Shown piece by piece: positions 56,748 to 64,000 of a stretch of 64,000 nt of DNA (its first letter is position 1; every line of letters starts with the position of its first letter). Origin of the DNA: Hormiphora californensis (Eukaryota > Animalia > Ctenophora); contig CM035358.1 of NCBI GenBank assembly GCA_020137815.1, forward strand, positions 992,001 to 1,056,000, in the 5' to 3' direction. A model generated the notes under the pieces. It searched no databases, had not been told where the DNA came from, and saw only the letters and a program-made list of their open reading frames with translations. The position numbers and the translations under genes are program-made.

Positions 56748-58896
56748 TCATCACCAAATATGGAGGAACTTGTGTTCGAAGACTGGACAACGCCTCTACC
56801 ACCTCCTGTACTTGAAGGTAATTTTGTCGGCCTGGAACTGGATCTATGAACTCTATTTTGTTGTATTACTCTCAGTCTTGCCGTCTTTTCTTTGCACTTA
56901 CTACCATGGTACTTCCACGCCATTTTAAATGTTAGGATCTTCTCAGACTGAGACTGTTTAAATCTCTCCCTCTCCAACTCCTAGCTTGTGTTAGACGTTT
57001 CGCCAGATCAATTGTCAACGCTCCCACATAGAGGGAGGGAGATATAGAGATGGGGGAGAGATACTCTGTGTGTAGACTTTGCTTCTTCTACGTCTTGTGT
57101 ACGCTTTAGAACCTAGTTCACTTGCATCTCTCTGTCCAATAAATGCCAGTCACGAGATATATGTACTCGCTGTCATAGGATAGAGGGGGTGGTAATGAAT
57201 AGTCTGAAAGAATGTTTGGACTTCAGTGTAGCTCGATAACTGTGTACCGTGCTTGATATATGTCACGCTCACATGATACTGTGATATATTATCATCCTAT
57301 AGTTCTTTTCTATCCTCCCTGCTATCAATCATTAGTTCATCTATTTATTTTCCGTTGCCCTTTTCCATTTCCTGACTATTATACTACTCTCTCTGACCGC
57401 GAAGTATTCTAAATGTAAAGTATTTAGAAAAGTTATCCTTGCAAAGTGTTAAAACACAACTAGTTTTCTGCATAAATGAGTGGGAAGAAGTAGAAATGAC
57501 AAAGCTATCTGATGGGGTGTGAAGAACTTGCTTGATAGCTCTTACTCAACAATGATAGCTAGGAAGACTAGGGATTATAGAGAGACGCTCATGGAATAAA
57601 TAGCATTTGTCATTACTGGTCTCTCCTTGGGCTCCACTACCCATAAAATCCAAATATGTGTGGGAGAAAGAATTTGTTTACTCGACCTCTATTTAGCTTT
57701 GTTTACTTACTGATCTGATAATATACAGAAATATTTTGTTGATCTGATAATACATGGATGCTGGGTTGCAATGAAGGACCAGCTGCATGTCAAAGCGGCA
57801 AAAACGTTTTTATGAAGGAGCACACGTGTTCCACGTGCATTGTGGAAATTATTTTTCTGCTCATGAGTTCATTTTTCCTGTATTTCTCAAGTATCACGTA
57901 TAACGAGTTGTTGTCACTAGTGGCTACCAATGGGGACCTACTTGATTTGTTATTAAAACATTTCAACCGCATTACAAGCACGGACTGTCACTCATGCTAT
58001 GTAGCTCATTTTAGTTTGTCGTTCTGTCGTGTTACTATATGAACCTTGGCATATATATTAATGATTTTAGGGCTCGATTAATATGATTAATATGATTGAT
58101 TTGATTAAAATCTCGTGGCCGTGAGAGAGAGACAAGCTTCGTATATAAATCAGGGGCTTGTAGGATATCTTTACCACAGCCTAGGATATATCGTTTACAC
58201 TCCGTATCACTCTCGTGCAAACCTTTCTTTCTTGACCTTCCGCTATTGATCATGATTTATTGCATTTTCTTGACACCTCGTTTATCGTTACTGCAAAATT
58301 ATCCAACAGCACCCCCCCTCTCTCCCTCCCTCCCTGCCTCTTTTTTTCTCGAATATGGTCTGTTGCAATATTGACACCAAGAGATATATGGTCATAAGGT
58401 ATATTGGTCGGTCTATGTTGCGGCAGATGTATCTCTCATATCTGTCATCAGACGGCCGAAAGATTTTATCACCAGATATTACATGCACTTACTTATTACC
58501 TAACACGAATTAACGCTCATATCTCTCTCTCTCACTCTCTCTCTGTAGATTTGTTAAACTGTCTAAGAATTAGGCATGAACAAGCACTAGTGGCCGCCAG
58601 TTATATAGATATTATGAGGATTGAGGAGGTTATAAAACTGTTATAAAATCAGTATAAATTGTTGTAGTTTTGCAATCTTGTTTTGCATTCTACCATGGTA
58701 GCTTCATTTCTTCAGAATATGTGGGAAGGTGGCTTAAATTCATACCGGGGCTGTGGTCACTATCTTTCTCATAACTTATTCTATCTGCCTTTGTTCATTA
58801 TCCCTAGCTTTTTTTCATTTGGTCTCCCCAGCTCAATCACTCATCTCACTTGAGGGTGACCTGCTATATTTGAACACGCGTCCTCTTGTTCGCATG

Positions 58897-58987
<91 letters not shown>

Positions 58988-59819
58988 AGAGAGAGAGGGA
59001 GAGAGAGAGAGAGAGGGAGAGAGAGAGAGATCAGAGAGAGAAAATGAGAGAGGGAGGTAAGAAATAATAGAAGCACTGAGCAGGGCATGCAATAATCACG
59101 TGACCACCAATTCATTACCCTGAGACCCTGGACCCCCTTTTTCTCTCTCCATCTCTCTCTTTTCTCTAGATCTCCTTCTCTCTTTCTCTCCCTGCTAAAG
59201 GCTCCTGGCTCTTGTTCATCTATAGCTTTGCCTATACCGGTACTAGAGACATTTCCAGACTGCGGTACGAGCCATCACGTTGTCCACAACAACACTGCAA
59301 ATACTTGATATTTTTGTCCTGCATTTCACAATAATAATTCGCACCGTGTTTTTCTACCGTCTCACGTTTTTCAATTGTTTAATATTCTCTCCCTCTCTCT
59401 CTCTCTGTCTGCATGATACCATTGTATGAGGATTATGGTGTTTGTTTTGGGGGTCGCACGAGAGCATTTTGACAGATTGGGGGATTGGTCGGACCCTCTT
59501 GTATGGACAATTCAAACAGATTGGGGGATTGTAGAACTGGTAAACCGTCGTCCGTCTGAATATAGCACATGCAGATGTGGGGTTCTGAATTTGGACCTAC
59601 TATCTAGCTCTTACCTTATCCCGGGAAGATGCCAATTGCATTGATAGTAGAATTATACAGATAACACAAGAGATGTAAGAGGGAGAGAGAGAGAGATGCC
59701 TGGGGCCATATCTCTGACATGACCAGGGATCTGATGATGACGAGAGAGAAATAGAGAGATATGGGAGTGAGAGAGTTACACAAACAGCAGTTTTGTTGAG
59801 TGATAGTTCTAGAGGCGTA

Positions 59820-61250
59820 TCCAAACGGGGGGGGGAGCCCATTAAAAGTTTTTGGTAAGGACCCTAAAACGACGAAAAATAGCGAGGAGAAGGGAGGAGC
59901 AAAGAGATGCGAAAAGATTTGAGGGTTTTGTGTTTTGAGAGGAAAAATTTGGGGGGCTTGGGGTTTTGGAATCCTAATAATGGGAAAAACCCCACAAAAA
60001 ATCGAATTCCCTTTTTTTGGGCGCTCATTTTTTGATTTTTTGGGTTTTTAAAAAAAGTACACAAAATGGAAAAACCCCTACAGCTAGAAAGGGGAAAATG
60101 GGAAAAAATTTTCTTTTACCCCCTCCTCTCTTGTTTTCTTTCCTTAAAAAATTTTTGGGGTCCTTTTAGTTCTTTCCTAATTACTTTCCATCCGCGTGTC
60201 TTAATTAAAGGGGTGGGAAAACATGTTTTTTCGGCATACCCCTTGTTTATATTAGTGCTTTCTTATTTTCCCTGCTGTTTTTATTAAAGAATTTTTTCCT
60301 TTCCCCGCGACTCCCGACCCAAATTTCCCCTGGTCCACTCTATTTCTAACACCATGCCTCTAGACTCCCCCCTTTAGATCTAATCTCTTTCTTTAGATGT
60401 CTTTCTTCGTACCGGAGCTATTGCCCTTTATTAATCTTCTAATGAGGGAAACATTTTCCCAAGATTCGTTGGGTTTTCCTAGAGGCGCCAACCTGTGGGG
60501 GTTTTCTCTCCCCCCTCTCAATCTTCCCCCTTCTCCTCCCTCTCTCCTCCCCCTCTCCTCTCCCCCGCCCCTCTTCCCTTCTCTTTTCCCCCCCCCCCTT
60601 CCTCTCTCTGTGGGTCCCCCCTTGCTCTCCCCCCCTTTTTTCTTTTTTCCTTTACCCCCTCCCCTTTCCCTTTTTTAAAAGCTCATCCAACCCCCAATTT
60701 TTCCCCCCTTTAACATTTTTTCTCTTTTTTCTTTAAAAGGGTCCCTTAACACAAAAAGGGATTGATGAAATTTAAAAAAAAGAAACGTATCTATTTTTGA
60801 GCCCACCCCCCCCCCCCTCCCTTTTCTCCCCCCTCCCCCCCTCCTCTCTTTCCCTTTTTTCCCCCCCTTCCTTTTTTCCTCCCCTTTTTCCCCCCCTTTC
60901 TCCTTTTCTCCCCTCCCCTCTTTTCCCCCCCCTCCCCCTCTCCTCTTCCTTTTTTCCTCCCCTTTTCTCTCTCCTTTGTTTTCCCGGGCGACCCCCTTTT
61001 CTCCGGGCCTTTTTTTCTTTTAGTCGTTTTTTCCCCGTCCCCCTTTTTTTGTTTTTTTTATTTTTTTTTTTTTTTTTTTTTAGGGTTTTTTCCCCGGTTT
61101 TGTTTTTAGAGGTTTGCCTTTTTTCCCTAAACAAAATCCCCCAAAATTTCCCACTTCCCCAGTTTTTTGGGCGTTTTTGCTTTCTTTTTCCAACCCCTTG
61201 CGAATTCCAATTTTTTTAAACACCCAGTTTTCCCCCCCGGGTTCCCTATA
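59820..61250. other. Homopolymer-rich block, probably low-quality sequence
   Basis: Extreme C/T and A/G runs. Confidence 0.75.
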
Positions 61251-61389
61251 TCTCCCCTGGTGTATTATTAGTTATCCTGATTAATAAATAAATAAATAAA
61301 TTAATTAATTGATTAATTAATATATATCCTGATTCCCAATATCTCCCTTACTCAGCTTGTTATTATAAACACCGGTGTGTAATACCACC

Positions 61390-62434
61390 ATGGCAGGGAC
61401 AGCAGATATCCGGCTGCTATACCACTCCCTCCCCTCATCCGGCCACCAACCCATCGCCCCATCAGAAACTAAAATCAAGATCGGCCTAACACGAGGTCTG
61501 GTGGAGGGTGGTGAGATATTCGCCCAGTTTTCCCTCTCCACAACAGCCCATTTCCAGCACCTCTACACCTATATCAAGGCCATCTGTGCCCAAGAGAAGT
61601 TGTTGGCTGTGTACTGGTTCAGTCGGAATGACAGGGAGTTTGTCCTAATCCACGATGACGGGACACTCGATCAGTGTCTTAGCAACGCGGGACTCCACGA
61701 GATTCTATACGTCATCACCGAACAAAGACCTGGTTACGCGGCGAACAAGATCAGTTTCAAACCTGTGAAACCAGAACTAATCCAACTAAAGACAAGTAGT
61801 CCCAGCTCGGGAGGACCGAGTCCTGACACGGCATCCCGGCCAAATCATGGACCTGAAGATAGTGAGGAAGAGGGAGGTGATACGATGAACGGTGCCATCC
61901 CGATGAAGAAGATGCACAAATCTGGATCTGTGGATTGGAGTTATGATGCGGTGGAACAACCAGCCTCCATCCAGGAGATATCCTCTAGAGGTGGGTAGAG
62001 AATGTGGGAGATATCCTCTAGAGGTGGGTAGAGAATGTGGGATACTTCCATATCAAAATCCAGGAGATATCCTCTAGAGGTGGGTAGAGAATGTGGGATA
62101 CTTCCATAACAAAATGCATGTGAGGTATGGAAGTGGGAAACATGTTTGTGGTATTTTTCACAAAGTTTAGAACTTATACCCGATACCAGGACGAGATCAT
62201 TGACTTAAAATTTTAAAACTGGGTTGGACAAAAATCCCGGTCAAAATCACAATCCCGGTACTGGTACGGGATCTTAATTCATCAGCTTTGTGTTTTTATT
62301 GAGATACGATCATGTTGATAACGATCGCTCTTCACCATTAATTTCCTATTCTGCTGCACAAGGACCGTGTTGTTCATTAGCAATGAACCTTCTCTCTCAA
62401 GCTGTTTTTCATTAGTTGCAGGTCAATCAATGTG

Positions 62435-62493
<59 letters not shown>

Positions 62494-63438
62494 GAGAGAG
62501 ACGGAGAGAGAGAAATAAAGAATCAGAAGAGGAGCTGTTATAAGAGGGGGACGGTCCCTCATTCCAGTATTGTACAACAACACGCTGCACCGTCGCTAAT
62601 TACAACTAGTCGGCCCAGTCAATATGATTAGTGCCGGACTGTAATCAGGCGATCTGCTCCTCAGCTTCTCCTCCTCTGGTCTCATTCTAGATAGAAGAGT
62701 AGGGGAAATCCGGGAAATGCGAGAGGAAAAATTGTAGTTTCTCTATTCTCTTCGCATCCCTTATCTACAGAAATGGACATGATAATATATTGATCAATAC
62801 TCTCTCCCTCTCTCTTCAAAAGCCGGCCCGTCGTTCGAGTCGCCTTCTTTGGCCGAGAGGAGTAGCTATCTCTCATCCATCTCTCCTCGCCTCTCTCTCT
62901 CTTACTCTCTCTCCTCTCTCTCTCCTCTTCTCCTCTCTCTCTCTCTCTCTCTCTCCTCTTTCTCTCTCCTCTCGTCTCATACCCATTTCTAATCATCTCT
63001 ATCACCTTCTTCCTCAACCTTCAACACCTTCTTGTATCTTATGATCCACATCTAATTACTACTTATCATATGGCACCATTTCAGCTAATCAGGCCGATTA
63101 TAGTACTGCACTAATCGTTTTGATTCACACCCATTTCTGAGCGGAATTGCCTACATCACATTTACAACTGTATGGCCTCAAATTGATCGATTCACATGCG
63201 CAGTCATTTGTGCAAGTTCAAAAATGAACATTTATTTACCAATTCCAAATTATTTTCTATTCTAGAATTAGCAGGTCAGAACTTTTCTAGAATCTGTCTA
63301 AGGCTTATGGTAGTTAGGTATGTTCGAGCTGACGTTGTTCCTAATTTATCCCGCATATAAATTACTCTAGTCTTCAGGGATACTTCACTTGCTTTTGATT
63401 TGTGACATAGTGCCGCTACATAGTGCTGATATGTTACT

Positions 63439-63507
<69 letters not shown>

Positions 63508-63835
63508 TTTCTCAGATTCTCATCGTCTTCCTAAAAACTTCTCGGTAATTAACGTTAATTACCGACTATTACTAATCTCAATATATCGCGAGAAGAATTC
63601 TTCTTCCAAAACCGATTCTGAACCGCACTGTTTTTTGTCATGTTGTCTCCAACTTCATTTTGTAAAGCCAGGAGGTCCAGTTGCCCCGCCGCCCATTATT
63701 CCAAAGAGTCCTTCACACGACGGAGTTGGCATTACCGGAGGCTCTCAATTAGGATAGAGCCAGAGGGTGGTAGATCTGATCCTCTGAGTAGTGCCAGTGG
63801 AGAAGGAGAGGAGGAGGAGAGGAAGGAAGTTCCTG
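61390..63835 (+). CDS. 5' part of a gene with an N-terminal PB1-like domain (continues beyond the window)
   Basis: Exon 61390-61990 (KIKI..FQHLYTYIKAIC..VYWFSRNDREFVLIHDDGTLDQCL resembles a PB1 fold with an OPCA-like segment) joins in phase 1 to the stop-free exon 63668-63835. Confidence 0.6.
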
Positions 63836-63846
63836 GTAGACATAGG

Positions 63847-63970
<124 letters not shown>

Positions 63971-64000
63971 GAGAGAAAGTCATGATATTGTTCAAATGTT

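Overview
Eukaryotic, intron-containing and microsatellite-rich DNA from an animal. It may be a ctenophore (inferred from memory of the 109-bp MITE and the divergent GPCR; not verified). The first 27 kb holds five + strand genes: the 3' part of an Abl-like tyrosine kinase, an intronless SMU1, an 8-exon PPME1, UBL5/Hub1, and an unrecognised 116-aa single-pass membrane protein. PPME1 intron 3 contains a Penelope-like retroelement (RT + GIY-YIG) arranged as two 5'-truncated copies joined head-to-head. The copies form 1242-bp inverted arms inside a 14-bp target duplication, each arm carries a minimal hammerhead ribozyme with a U3-A8 core variant, and a G/C-tract-ended MITE splits the longer ORF. 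PPME1 intron 4 holds an antisense 7TM GPCR. Downstream lie minus-strand coiled-coil and MFS-like genes, a minus-strand orphan exon chain, and a PB1-like gene with candidate alternative first exons. There are many non-autonomous DNA transposons (hAT-, Harbinger-, Kolobok- and Tc1/mariner-type) and three homopolymer-rich blocks that look like low-quality sequence. All exon models were read by eye.
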